This document shows, in pieces, positions 40,429 to 49,857 of a stretch of DNA of 64,000 nucleotides. Where the stretch lies: the NCBI GenBank assembly GCA_965204725.1, contig OZ242005.1:3904001-3968000 (forward strand). Reading direction: 5' to 3'. Made by a program: the position numbers and the translations under genes. Position 1 is the first letter of the stretch. Every line of letters begins with the position of its first letter. Origin of the DNA: Candidatus Latescibacterota bacterium. GTDB lineage: Bacteria; Latescibacterota; UBA2968; UBA8231. The notes under the pieces were generated by a model. It saw nothing but the letters and a program-made list of their open reading frames with translations, made no database searches and was not told the DNA's origin.

Positions 40429-41224
40429 AGCGCCTCTGTCGCTGCTGATAAGCGGCAATGGCTTCGTAGAGGTGCTGGCGGCGGAAATCCGGCCAATGCA
40501 CATCGCCGACAAAACAGATTTCGGTATAGACCATTTGCCAAGGGAGGAAGTTGCTCAGCCGCATTTCGCCGCTGGTGCGGATTAACAAATCCGGGTCGGG
40601 CAAGTTCGCTGTATAGAGCGCACCGCTGATTTGTTCCTCGTCGATGTCGTCTAGGGCGAGCCGCCCGGCCACTACGTCGGACGCCAGCTTGCGGAAGGCG
40701 TCAACTAGCTCGCTGCGGCCCCCGTAGTTGAGTGCCAAGTTGAGCTTGAGGCCGGTGTTGTGTTTGGTCTGAGCGAGGGCGTGCTCTAGGGCCAGTTGGA
40801 TGGTCGGCGACAGCGCATCGGTGCGACCTATGGCGTTGAGAGACACGTTGTTTTCGTGGAGTTCCGACACTTCGTCGCGCAGGGACTCGTGCAGCCACTG
40901 CATCAGCTCTTCTACTTCTGCTTCGGGCCGGGACCAGTTCTCAGTCGAGAAGGTGTACAGGGTTAGAGCCTCAATTTGCAACTGGCCGCAGGCGCGGACA
41001 ATGTCGCGCACAGACTCGCGGCCAAAGCGATGCCCTTCGGTCTTGGGCAAATTGCGCTCGACCGCCCAGCGCCGATCGCCGTCCATGATAATGGCAATGT
41101 GTTGAGGCAAGTTCCCATCGTCCTTGAGGCACTGCTGGATGCGGAAGTCCTCTTCGGGGTTGAGGGGTTTTACTGGGTGGTATTCGCGGGGAGAAATTTT
41201 CAGCGGCAGAGCCTGAGCACTCAT
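40418..41224 (-). CDS. uppS: Isoprenyl transferase (undecaprenyl diphosphate synthase)
   Basis: HIAIIMDG, FSTENW.R, NYGGR, DLLIRTSGEMRLSNF, RRFGG. Confidence 0.96.
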   Translation of the reverse strand: MSAQALPLKISPREYHPVKPLNPEEDFRIQQCLKDDGNLPQHIAIIMDGDRRWAVERNLPKTEGHRFGRESVRDIVRACGQLQIEALTLYTFSTENWSRPEAEVEELMQWLHESLRDEVSELHENNVSLNAIGRTDALSPTIQLALEHALAQTKHNTGLKLNLALNYGGRSELVDAFRKLASDVVAGRLALDDIDEEQISGALYTANLPDPDLLIRTSGEMRLSNFLPWQMVYTEICFVGDVHWPDFRRQHLYEAIAAYQQRQRRFGG

Positions 41225-41403
41225 AGTAAGCGTAATAAACGCAATAAAGATGATAAGGATGATTCGGTGGGTTTCTGGGGCGGCGATCCGCAGCCACTGT
41301 CATAAATTCGGGCGCGTCCCGCCTTGAGAAAGCGAAGGTTGCGCCCTGCTTGATTAGTTTAGGGGAAAGGCTCATATTCGTCAAGCAATCCTAGGGGCCA
41401 ATT

Positions 41404-42009
41404 ATGCTGCTTGTGAAGAAGGAGGCGACGTGCGCCCACAAAGAACGGCTCAGGAAGCGCGTCTTAGCTGTGCATAAGGGTTTGGACCGCGGTCGAGTGG
41501 AGGTCGGCGGGCAGGCTATCCTAGAGAAGGTCTTGGGGCTGGAGGCGTACCGCCGAGCCAAGCTCGTCCACACCTATGTCTCCAGCAAGGAAAACGAGGT
41601 CGATACCCGTGCGTTGATCGGCACTTGCCTAGCGCAAGGCAAGCGCGTGGCCGTGCCGGTGGTGATGCCGAGCGCGAAGACGATGGGCCACGCGCTAATC
41701 GACGGCCTAGATCAGCTCGTCGTCGGCCCTTGGGGGCTGGCGCAGCCCGATCCGACCGCGGCCCGTTGGCTGCCGGCAAAAGCTCGGATCGATTTGGTCG
41801 TAGTACCGGGCCTTGCCTTTGACCGGCGCGGGCAGCGCATCGGCCGGGGCGGCGGGTACTACGACCGCTTTCTAGCGCAAGTGCAAACCGTCAAAATAGG
41901 GCTGTGCTACGACGAGCTAGTCCTAGACTGCATTCCCGGCGAGCCGCACGATGTGCCCGTGGACATGGTCGTCGCCGAAACCGCCATTTATCAAGAGGAA
42001 ATCGCATGA
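41404..42009 (+). CDS. ygfA: 5-formyltetrahydrofolate cyclo-ligase
   Basis: EVDT, VVPGLAFD..G.RIG.GGGYYDRFL, EPHDVPVD. Confidence 0.92.
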   Translation: MLLVKKEATCAHKERLRKRVLAVHKGLDRGRVEVGGQAILEKVLGLEAYRRAKLVHTYVSSKENEVDTRALIGTCLAQGKRVAVPVVMPSAKTMGHALIDGLDQLVVGPWGLAQPDPTAARWLPAKARIDLVVVPGLAFDRRGQRIGRGGGYYDRFLAQVQTVKIGLCYDELVLDCIPGEPHDVPVDMVVAETAIYQEEIA

Positions 42010-42320
42010 TCTACGAATTGCGCATCTACCGCTTCCACAAGGGAGCCGACAACAAGAAGAAGTTCCTCGCTGGCTTTACCAAGGCGCGCCGCTTTATGGC
42101 CAAGTACGGTGTGACCTTTGTCGCCGCATGGGAAAATCCCGACCGCGACGACGAGTTTATATGGATTCGCGCCTTCCCCAACGCCAAGGCCCGCGCCAAG
42201 GCCATCGACGAGTATTACGCCAGCCCGGAATGGGCCAAAATCGTCGATCATATCCGGCCGCTGATCCGCCGCCGGGAGGTGCGAGTGATGAAAGCGTTGC
42301 CCTATTCGACCCTAAAATAA
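42006..42320 (+). CDS. NIPSNAP family protein
   Basis: MIYELRIY start, F.WIRAF, YASPEW, PYS. Confidence 0.85.
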   Translation: MIYELRIYRFHKGADNKKKFLAGFTKARRFMAKYGVTFVAAWENPDRDDEFIWIRAFPNAKARAKAIDEYYASPEWAKIVDHIRPLIRRREVRVMKALPYSTLK

Positions 42321-43315
42321 TGTTCCGCATCGGCCCAATAACCGCTGATCCCGGCATCCTGCTAGCGCCCATGGAGGCGGTCTCACAGCTACCTTTCCGC
42401 CTGATTTGCCGGGAACTAGGTGCCGACATCGCGTACACTGAGTTCGTCAATGCCGAGGGGCTGTTGCGCGAAGATCTCACCGGGCCGCGCCGCGCTTTTC
42501 GCAAGCTGCGTTTTTCAGAAGCAGAGCGGCCTTTGGCGATTCAGCTCTACGGCGCGGCCTCGCTGTCTATGGAGAAAGCCACTGAGATTGCCAGCGCGCA
42601 GAATCCAGACTTCATCGACATCAACTGCGGCTGCTGGGTGAGCAATGTGGCGCTGCGCGGCGCTGGGGCCGGGCTGTTGCGCGACTTGTCGCAGATGAAG
42701 GAGGTCGTCTCGCGCGTCCTGGGCGCGACGCACTTGCCGGTGACCGTAAAGACGCGCCTCGGCTGGGACCAGCAGAGCATCCGCATCGTCGAAGTAGCCC
42801 AGATGCTCGAAGATCTGGGCGTACAGGCACTGGCCATCCACTGCCGCACTCGCGCACAAGGTCACAAGGGCGCGGTGGCCTACGAGTGGATACCCCAAGT
42901 CAAGGCGGCGGTCTCGATCCCGATCCTTCTCAACGGCGACGTGACCTCGCCGCAGAGGGTCAAACACGCCTTCGACAGCACGGGATGCGACGGAGTGATG
43001 ATCGGCCGCGGTGCCATCCGCCACCCGTGGATTTTTCGCGAGTCCCAGTACTATCTAGAGACCGGTGCGCTCTTGCCCGAACCAAGCTGGCAGGAGCGCG
43101 CCGCGCTCTGCCTCAAGCACCTGCGGCTGGCCGTTGAGCACGGCGGCCCGCAAGAAGCGCTGGTCGGCATGCGACGCCACTACGCCGGGTATTTCCGCGG
43201 TTTGCGCGGCGCGGCGCGGCTCAGAGCCGAGTTGGCCAGCTACAAGGAGCTAACCCCTTTGTTCGATCGTCTCGCAGAACTGCGCGACACCGACCCAGAA
43301 CGCCTCGCCGCCTAA
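42320..43315 (+). CDS. dusB: tRNA dihydrouridine synthase (DusB-like)
   Basis: LAPME, YTEF, IQLYG, DINCGC, GAGLL, TVKTRLG, NGDV, MIGRG; ATG overlaps the upstream stop. Confidence 0.92.
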   Translation: MFRIGPITADPGILLAPMEAVSQLPFRLICRELGADIAYTEFVNAEGLLREDLTGPRRAFRKLRFSEAERPLAIQLYGAASLSMEKATEIASAQNPDFIDINCGCWVSNVALRGAGAGLLRDLSQMKEVVSRVLGATHLPVTVKTRLGWDQQSIRIVEVAQMLEDLGVQALAIHCRTRAQGHKGAVAYEWIPQVKAAVSIPILLNGDVTSPQRVKHAFDSTGCDGVMIGRGAIRHPWIFRESQYYLETGALLPEPSWQERAALCLKHLRLAVEHGGPQEALVGMRRHYAGYFRGLRGAARLRAELASYKELTPLFDRLAELRDTDPERLAA

Positions 43316-43446
43316 TCCCCGCCCTTCTGTAGTTGCTGATCCCGCCGCGTTTGATGCGATGCTGTAGCACAAAAAGCGCATATTCTCCATAACGCAATCT
43401 AGAAACTTTTGCGGCAAAAATCACAAAAATTGCCAGAATTGCGACG

Positions 43447-45147
43447 CTAGGTTTTTCGCGTGTCCAAATGCGAGGGCAACCATCCTACAACGGCCTGCTC
43501 TGAGTCCTCGTCCCAAAAGAAATACAGCCGAAAACAGCGGCGTACGTCGTGGGTGTTCCCCTTTTTCAGATGCCGGTTGAGCAGATGCGACTGACCGACG
43601 TAGCGCACAAAGTACGTGTCGCCGTGCTCTCCGTGCCGTGTGCCAGCAAAGGTTTGGGTTTCCTCGAGGTTCAGGTCCGAACAAGCCTGCTTGAAGGCTT
43701 TTACTTTGGCAGGGCCGCCGAAGCGCCGCATGGGAACGTAGTAATCTCGGAGCAAAAGCAGCGCCTTATACAGGAAGGAAGGATCCTCGTACTTGCTCTT
43801 TTTGGCGGCGTGTTTGGCGCGTGGAAGCACTTCTACAAACCCCGCAAGATGCTTGTCGCACCACTCCTCAAAGTCGTTCAGGTCGCTTGGAATCTTCGGC
43901 TCTTTTGGACTGGAGCCGCTCGACAGGGCCTCTGGACTGGAGCCGCTCGACAGGGCCTCTTCGAGCATCTCCACGCGGGTGCGTAAGTTCCGCGCCCGTT
44001 GGGTAGCTGTCTCGGCCTTGGCTTGGGCTTCATCGCGCTCTTGCTCTACGGACTTCAAGACCCCTTCAAACGTCTCTTCCATCTCTTCGCGCTCGGATTG
44101 GAGATCGACGATCTGGGCCTCGGCGAGTTCGAGCCTCTCTTCTATGGACGCATTGGTCGCCTTGGCGCGCTCTATGCGACGCTCGGCTGCCAGCCGCCGA
44201 ATTTTGGCAAAGGACGGAAGATCGCCCGCAGGCTCCGACCGTTCGACCGCGTTTTTTAGTACGTGGTCGACCAAAAATTCCGCATACCTAGCCGGGCCTC
44301 CGTCCCAATTCTGAATGCGGCGGGCCGTTGCCCATGGGTGTTGATGCGGTTCGTCTTCCTTGGGGTTAAAATTCGGCAGATAGTTTCTGACGGCTCGGTT
44401 GAATACGGAAAACTCCCGCCCTAACTCGTAGGTCAAACCATAGGTGGCCGGCTCCGTGATGATCGCCACGTGGGCAGCGCCAAATGTCCTACGGCATAGA
44501 GCGTCAATCGGGCAAGCTGCGTCCTTGGGGTGTGTGGAGCCTGCCGGTAAGGATGCGACAATGACAGCGGCCCGCCGCTTTGGATCCTGAATCAGGTTGC
44601 ACAGCGCCAGAACGTCGTCAGGCTCGGAAACGAGCCATGGAATCGGGCGCAGCAAACGACCGTCTAGCGAGCTGGTGCCAATGGTTGCGATTTGCCGGAC
44701 GAAATCGGGAACGGACCGCTCGATGGGGATATTGGGACCGCGCCGAGTACATACAAAGCGTACGCTGATGGCGATCTTTGTGTCGGCTAGCCGCTTTAGC
44801 CCAACCTCCGTAACCCAAGTGAGCTGCGGAACGGACTTGTCGGCGTCGTCGAGCCGCGCTCCCCAAATTTTCGGATCGTCCAATAGCGCGGCCTCGGCGT
44901 ACTGCGCCCCAATTTTCTCGGTCTCAAAGGATTGACCGGCCCAAGCCGCCTCGGGGAGCGGTTGCCCCACTCGGTCGGCGATCCATTGCAAGGCTTTCTG
45001 TTGGGCCGTTGCAAAGAGGTCGTTTCCATCGCACGTGTGGACCTCAATGGAGATTTGGCTGATCGGCACCACAGACGAGTACTGATCCTGCATTCTCTTC
45101 TGCACGGGCCGCAACTGATCCGCCAGTGATGTGTTGTACGGACTCAT
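43447..45147 (-). CDS. Hypothetical protein with central coiled coil and C-terminal RelE-like domain; candidate defence protein
   Basis: 566 aa ORF, long coiled coil (EERLELAEAQIVDLQSE...), C-terminal HLKKG...RLYFFWD...VVGWLPSHL; the RelE-like call is inferred. Confidence 0.5.
   Translation of the reverse strand: MSPYNTSLADQLRPVQKRMQDQYSSVVPISQISIEVHTCDGNDLFATAQQKALQWIADRVGQPLPEAAWAGQSFETEKIGAQYAEAALLDDPKIWGARLDDADKSVPQLTWVTEVGLKRLADTKIAISVRFVCTRRGPNIPIERSVPDFVRQIATIGTSSLDGRLLRPIPWLVSEPDDVLALCNLIQDPKRRAAVIVASLPAGSTHPKDAACPIDALCRRTFGAAHVAIITEPATYGLTYELGREFSVFNRAVRNYLPNFNPKEDEPHQHPWATARRIQNWDGGPARYAEFLVDHVLKNAVERSEPAGDLPSFAKIRRLAAERRIERAKATNASIEERLELAEAQIVDLQSEREEMEETFEGVLKSVEQERDEAQAKAETATQRARNLRTRVEMLEEALSSGSSPEALSSGSSPKEPKIPSDLNDFEEWCDKHLAGFVEVLPRAKHAAKKSKYEDPSFLYKALLLLRDYYVPMRRFGGPAKVKAFKQACSDLNLEETQTFAGTRHGEHGDTYFVRYVGQSHLLNRHLKKGNTHDVRRCFRLYFFWDEDSEQAVVGWLPSHLDTRKT
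43906..43959. repeat. Perfect 27-bp tandem duplication in frame (EALSSGSSP x2)
   Basis: TGGACTGGAGCCGCTCGACAGGGCCTC at 43906-43932 and 43933-43959. Confidence 0.95.
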
Positions 45148-45170
45148 CGAACCGGCTTTCCTCGCAACAG

Positions 45171-45398
45171 CTATACCTCCGTTAGCTCAGGAACGCGTTC
45201 AGTCTCATACTTCTCAATCAGCACACCAATGACCTCCATCAATGAGGCCAAGGGATGATTTTCATTCTCACCTACCACATCAATCAAGTCGTCCAGTACA
45301 GCCACAAGCCGTTGATATTCGCTCTCTGTATGGGGAACGAATACAATAGGTGTCAGCATGGGCCATACATCTTGAGTGCTTGCCCAAAATCCGCGCAC
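45171..45398 (-). CDS. Short HigA-like N-terminal-domain protein without HTH, possibly 5'-truncated
   Basis: ESEYQRLVAVLDDLIDVVGENENHPLASLMEVIGVLIEKYE is a HigA N-domain signature; 5' end overlaps the upstream gene. Confidence 0.65.
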   Translation of the reverse strand: MRGFWASTQDVWPMLTPIVFVPHTESEYQRLVAVLDDLIDVVGENENHPLASLMEVIGVLIEKYETERVPELTEV

Positions 45399-46501
45399 AA
45401 ATCCTCGGCGGCCTCAATGCCGCACGCCACTCGCACCAAGCCATCGGCGATGCCCATGTCCGCCCGCTCCTTTGGACTCAAGCCGCTGTGCGATGTGGTG
45501 ACCGGCCGAGTAATGAGGGTTTCGACCCCGCCGAGACTGGGGGCTGACGCCGGCAGAATCAGCTTGGACAGCAACCGCTCGGCGGCCTCCACGCCCCCGT
45601 GCAACTCAAAGCTCAACACGCCGCCCGCCCCGGCAAACAGCCGCTGCGCCCGCTCGTATTGCGGATGGTTTTCTAACCCTGGGTAGTTCACCCGTACCAC
45701 CTGCGGCTGCTCGGCCAAAAAACGCGCCAGCCGCAGCCCGTTCTCGTCGTGTTGCCGCATTCTCAGCGACAGGGTCTTCAAGCCCCGCTGCAACAAAAAG
45801 CAGGCGTGCGTATCCAACGACCCTCCGAGGTGATTGAGCTTATGCGTAATGGCGCGGATGCGGGCCGCCGAGCCGACGACCACGCCCGCGACGATGTCCG
45901 AATGGCCGTTGAGGTACTTGGACGCGCTGTGTAGCTCTAGGTCAAACCCGAGTTTTAGCGGGCGGAAGTTGCACGGCGAGGCAAAGGTATTGTCGATCAG
46001 GGACACCAGCCCGTGCTCGCGGGCAAATTCCACTACCGCCTCTAAATCCGCGACCTCTAATAGCGGGTTGGTCATGGCCTCCACGTAGATCGCCCGCGTC
46101 TCGGGTCGGAGCTTGGCCGCCCAGGTCTCGGGCGCATTGCCGGCGATAAAGTCGCAGCGCAGCCCCAAGCCCGGCGCATCCTGCGTCACAAAGCTGTGCG
46201 TCCCTCCGTAGAGGCAGTCTTGAATCAGCAGGTGATCGCCGCTGTTGAGCACGGTCAGCAAGGCCGTGGTGATCGCCGCCATCCCCGATCCGGTGACCAA
46301 AGCCGCTTCGCCATCGCAGATAGCGGCTAATTTGGTGTGCAATGCGCGGTGATTGGGCGTGTTGTTGAGGCGGAGATAGCGGACGGCGTCGTACCGCTGC
46401 TCGTCTGACGAGACAAAGGTCGAGCTCTGGAAGATCGGCACCACCACAGCGCCGTCGATGCGCTCCTCGCCGGCGTGGACGAGACGGGTCTGAATATCCA
46501 T
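45353..46501 (-). CDS. Cys/Met metabolism PLP enzyme (cystathionine gamma-lyase/synthase or methionine gamma-lyase family)
   Basis: PIFQSSTF, SGMAAI, YGGT, DNTFASP, HSASKYLNGHSD, SLGGVE. Confidence 0.93.
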   Translation of the reverse strand: MDIQTRLVHAGEERIDGAVVVPIFQSSTFVSSDEQRYDAVRYLRLNNTPNHRALHTKLAAICDGEAALVTGSGMAAITTALLTVLNSGDHLLIQDCLYGGTHSFVTQDAPGLGLRCDFIAGNAPETWAAKLRPETRAIYVEAMTNPLLEVADLEAVVEFAREHGLVSLIDNTFASPCNFRPLKLGFDLELHSASKYLNGHSDIVAGVVVGSAARIRAITHKLNHLGGSLDTHACFLLQRGLKTLSLRMRQHDENGLRLARFLAEQPQVVRVNYPGLENHPQYERAQRLFAGAGGVLSFELHGGVEAAERLLSKLILPASAPSLGGVETLITRPVTTSHSGLSPKERADMGIADGLVRVACGIEAAEDLCADFGQALKMYGPC

Positions 46502-46527
46502 TTCTTTCTCCTTAATCTAGGCGGCAC

Positions 46528-48609
46528 CTAGGCAAATTGGGCGAGCAGCCGCTCGTACAGTCCGATGAAGTCCCGACGCCCGTTGTCGCGGTTGTAGGCG
46601 TAGCACATGGGGTTGGGATTGAGCTCGAGGATGGAGAAACCAGCCGCGCCGTGGATGAGGTCCATGGCGTAAAAACCGAGCGAGTACACCCCGGCCACTT
46701 GCTCGGTTAGCACCTGCATTTGCGCCAGCAGTACCCCGTCTGCTAGGCGCACGGCCCGGCCATCGGCCTGATGCAGCGGGTTGCGGTCCCCATCCGTCCC
46801 TGTGGCCTTGCTCTCCTTGCGATAGGCCAACAACAGTTCATCGCGACTGGCGACGATCCGATACTCCGGCCCAGCCACGTATTGCTGCACCAGTGCAATG
46901 TTGTCGAGAAAGGCGCTGTTGGCAAAGAGGGATTCGAGCCGCTGAGCAAGGGCGGTGGCGTCGCGCTCCAAAAATACGCCCTGCGCCAGCGAGCTGTGGC
47001 ACTTCTTGACCAACAGGGGGAACTCGAATCGCGCCACGACCTCCGCGACGATTTCCGCGACTGAAGCGTGCGTCTTGTAGCGGTCAAAGCGTGCGTCGGC
47101 CAGTGGGTTGAAGAGCTTGAGCGTGTGGGGAACCGGCAGGCCGGCCGCGGCGAAATCCTCGTATTGGTATGCCTTGTCTTCGGCGAGTCGGGCCTCGACG
47201 TAATCGTTGAAGGGATGCTTGTTGCGCCAGAAGCGCAAGGGCCGCCGGCCGCCCGACAGCTTGAGCCGAGTGCCGTCGTCCGAAATCCACTCGCAGATGA
47301 GTTCCCGTCGCTGGCCGGCCGCGGCAACGCACGCCAGATTCTCCAGTGCCATGTCTTCGGTGATGCCGTCGCGCTCGCCGGGTAGGGAGAAAAACTCCCG
47401 CGCCCGCGCTACCAAGTGCAGCGACCCCGCCACGCAGACTCGGCCTTCGCGCCCCGCCAGCACTAGGGCGCGCTTGAGTGCTTGGCTGCTTGCAGGCACC
47501 TGCTCGACAGCCAGTCCATCCGGTGCCAAGTCCGCCAGTACCGCTGGTGCCAGTGCCCGTGGATGGTCCGACGAAGTCAGCAAGACCCGTTGCGCCACCG
47601 GCGCTAGCGCACACAAAATCCCCGCCGCATCGTGCCCTGTTCCCGCGCCGACGACCAGCACCCATGCTCCGCTCAGCCGCTGTAACTCCTTGGCCAACGC
47701 CGCGGCCGCGGCCGGATTGTGCGCCCCGTCGAGCAAAACCAACGGCTTCTCTCTCGCCACTTCAAAGCGGCCCGGCCAGCGATGGGTCGCCACGACTGGG
47801 TGCGCCCCCTCGTCTGCTAGGCCCCGGACGAGCTCCTGCGCCGCGGCAAGGGCCAGCCGCGCATTTTCCGCGTAGGTCGCCGGACGGTCCGTCAGAGGCC
47901 CTAAGTGCCACTCCGTGCCAGCAACCTGCAACGCCACTGCTCGCGTTGCACAGGTCTGCCGGATCAGAGCCATCACCTCCGGGGCCTGCGCCGCGGTGGT
48001 AATGAGCGTGCGATCCGTCCGGGCGATGTGCAGCTTGTCGGCGGCGATTTCCGCCAAGGTATTACCGAGCAGGTCCACGTGGTCTAGACCGATGGCCGTC
48101 AGGATTGCCAGTTCCGAGTCCCAAGCGTTGGTCGCGTCGTAGCGCCCCCCTAGCCCGACCTCAAAAACCCCGAACTCCACGCCCTGCTGCGCGAAGAGAT
48201 AGGCCGCGAGGCCGGTGAGGGCCTCGAATTTGCTAAACGAACCCAACGCCTCCCGGCCAAAGTCGCGGGTGCAATCGTCGAGGTGCGACACGGCTGCGGC
48301 CCATTGTTCCTTGCTGAGTATGTCGCCGTCAATGCGGATTCGCTCGCGCAGGGTGTGCAGGTGCGGCGAAGTGTACAGCCCGGCCTTGTGCCTTTGTGCC
48401 CTTAGGAGGGCGGCGAGCAGGCTGGCGACGGTTCCCTTGCCGTTGGTGCCGCCGACAATGACTGAGCGGAAGTGCGTCTGTGGGTCGCCGAGGCGGGCCA
48501 GCAGGGCGCGCATCCGCGGCAGGTAATCCGCGGTCGGCCCGAGCACGGGACGGCCGACCTCCCAGTCGGGCAGGGCGTCCAAATGGCGTTTGGCGCGAAA
48601 GTAATCCAT
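46528..48609 (-). CDS. folC: FolC-type folylpolyglutamate synthase fused to a C-terminal ATP-grasp domain
   Basis: GTNGKGT, YTSPHL, EVGLGGRYDATN, LDGAHNP, GSLHLV; then DK...GLPVP, FPLLVK, VQQYV.GPEYRIV, MDLI..ILELNPNP. Confidence 0.85.
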   Translation of the reverse strand: MDYFRAKRHLDALPDWEVGRPVLGPTADYLPRMRALLARLGDPQTHFRSVIVGGTNGKGTVASLLAALLRAQRHKAGLYTSPHLHTLRERIRIDGDILSKEQWAAAVSHLDDCTRDFGREALGSFSKFEALTGLAAYLFAQQGVEFGVFEVGLGGRYDATNAWDSELAILTAIGLDHVDLLGNTLAEIAADKLHIARTDRTLITTAAQAPEVMALIRQTCATRAVALQVAGTEWHLGPLTDRPATYAENARLALAAAQELVRGLADEGAHPVVATHRWPGRFEVAREKPLVLLDGAHNPAAAAALAKELQRLSGAWVLVVGAGTGHDAAGILCALAPVAQRVLLTSSDHPRALAPAVLADLAPDGLAVEQVPASSQALKRALVLAGREGRVCVAGSLHLVARAREFFSLPGERDGITEDMALENLACVAAAGQRRELICEWISDDGTRLKLSGGRRPLRFWRNKHPFNDYVEARLAEDKAYQYEDFAAAGLPVPHTLKLFNPLADARFDRYKTHASVAEIVAEVVARFEFPLLVKKCHSSLAQGVFLERDATALAQRLESLFANSAFLDNIALVQQYVAGPEYRIVASRDELLLAYRKESKATGTDGDRNPLHQADGRAVRLADGVLLAQMQVLTEQVAGVYSLGFYAMDLIHGAAGFSILELNPNPMCYAYNRDNGRRDFIGLYERLLAQFA

Positions 48610-48627
48610 GTAGGGGAAGGGTGCGGC

Positions 48628-49677
48628 TCACCCGCCGCGGGTGTGCATCTCGCGGTGCGGATCGGCTTGCAACTCTGCGACTTCATAGAGCACGTCGCGG
48701 TGTGGGTCGTCGCGCCGCTCTTCGGCGCTGCGATCGGCCCGTCCTACCCATCCCGCGCAAATGCGTCGCACCAGTCGCTCGCGGTCCGCTCCGGTGCGCA
48801 GCAAAGGCTTTAGGTCGGTGCCTTGCTGAGCATAGAGGCACAAGTACCACAGTCCGTCGGCCGTCAGCCGGCTGCGATCGCAGGCCCGGCAAAACGGCTC
48901 GGTGACCGACGCGACGATGCCAAAGCGCGTCCCGTCGCGCAGGCGGAAGCGCGCCGCTGGTGCCGCGCCCCGCTCGGCCTCGCGCTCGATAGGGCCGTAG
49001 TGCGCCTCCAGCCTCGCTAGCATCTCTTGCTGCGACACCACCGCTTTTAGCGACCAGTGAGTGGCCCCGCCCACATCCATGTATTCGATGAAGCGAACCT
49101 CCGCTCCCACTTCCCGGCCAAATTCGAGCAGAGCGACCAACTCGTCGTCGTTGAAGCCGCGCACCACGACCGAATTGATCTTGAGCGCGTCAAAGCCAGC
49201 CGCCGCCGCGGCGCGGATCCCCGCTAGGACTTTGGGATGCACGGCTCGCCGCGTCAACGCCTCAAAACGCGCTGGCTGGAGCGAGTCTAAGCTGACCGTG
49301 ACTCGCTGCAATCCGGCTTCCCGCAGCGGTCCAGCCCGGTGCGCCAGTTGCCGCGCATTGGTCGTCAGCGCTAGGTCCTCGACGAGGGGCAGGGCGGCGA
49401 GGCGGGCGACGAGCTCGGGCAAGTCGGCGCGCAATAGCGGCTCGCCGCCAGTCAGGCGGACGCTGCGGACTCCAACTTGACAAAAGGCATCGACCACGCG
49501 CTCGATCTCGGAGGCATTGAGGATGTCTTTATTCGGCAGCCAAGTGTAGTACTCTTCGGGCATGCAGTACTGGCAGCGCAGATCGCAGCGGTCGATTACC
49601 GACACGCGCAAAGAGACCAACGGGCGGCCCAGAAGATCGCGTACCAACTCGGTTTTGGCGGATGTTGCAAGGGCCAT
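48628..49677 (-). CDS. moaA: GTP 3',8-cyclase MoaA
   Basis: CDLRCQYCMP, RLTGGEPL, RFIEYM, FCRACDRSRLTADG..CL, terminal GG. Confidence 0.96.
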   Translation of the reverse strand: MALATSAKTELVRDLLGRPLVSLRVSVIDRCDLRCQYCMPEEYYTWLPNKDILNASEIERVVDAFCQVGVRSVRLTGGEPLLRADLPELVARLAALPLVEDLALTTNARQLAHRAGPLREAGLQRVTVSLDSLQPARFEALTRRAVHPKVLAGIRAAAAAGFDALKINSVVVRGFNDDELVALLEFGREVGAEVRFIEYMDVGGATHWSLKAVVSQQEMLARLEAHYGPIEREAERGAAPAARFRLRDGTRFGIVASVTEPFCRACDRSRLTADGLWYLCLYAQQGTDLKPLLRTGADRERLVRRICAGWVGRADRSAEERRDDPHRDVLYEVAELQADPHREMHTRGG

Positions 49678-49857
49678 ACAAAGGCATCTACAGATAGGGT
49701 TAAAGGGAGTTGAGAATATAGAGAATCCCTAGTAGTCGGCAATGTCCCGGCGACAGCGGCGCGTTCTTGCTGTACGGAAGGCGGCGCGTGATATTAAGAA
49801 ACTTGCACTGCCCGCACCCAACCATACGGGCGTGCATCGCGCAACGAGAGGGGTTTA

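Noticed and set aside
41225-41265. Imperfect 9-nt periodicity (TAATAAACG CAATAAAGA TGATAAGGA) upstream of uppS
   Set aside because: Too short and degenerate to distinguish from chance
41225-41403. Possible 6S RNA upstream of ygfA (conserved ssrS-ygfA synteny)
   Set aside because: I could not see the long irregular hairpin with a central bubble, and the space must also hold divergent promoters; an Rfam RF00013 cmsearch would decide it
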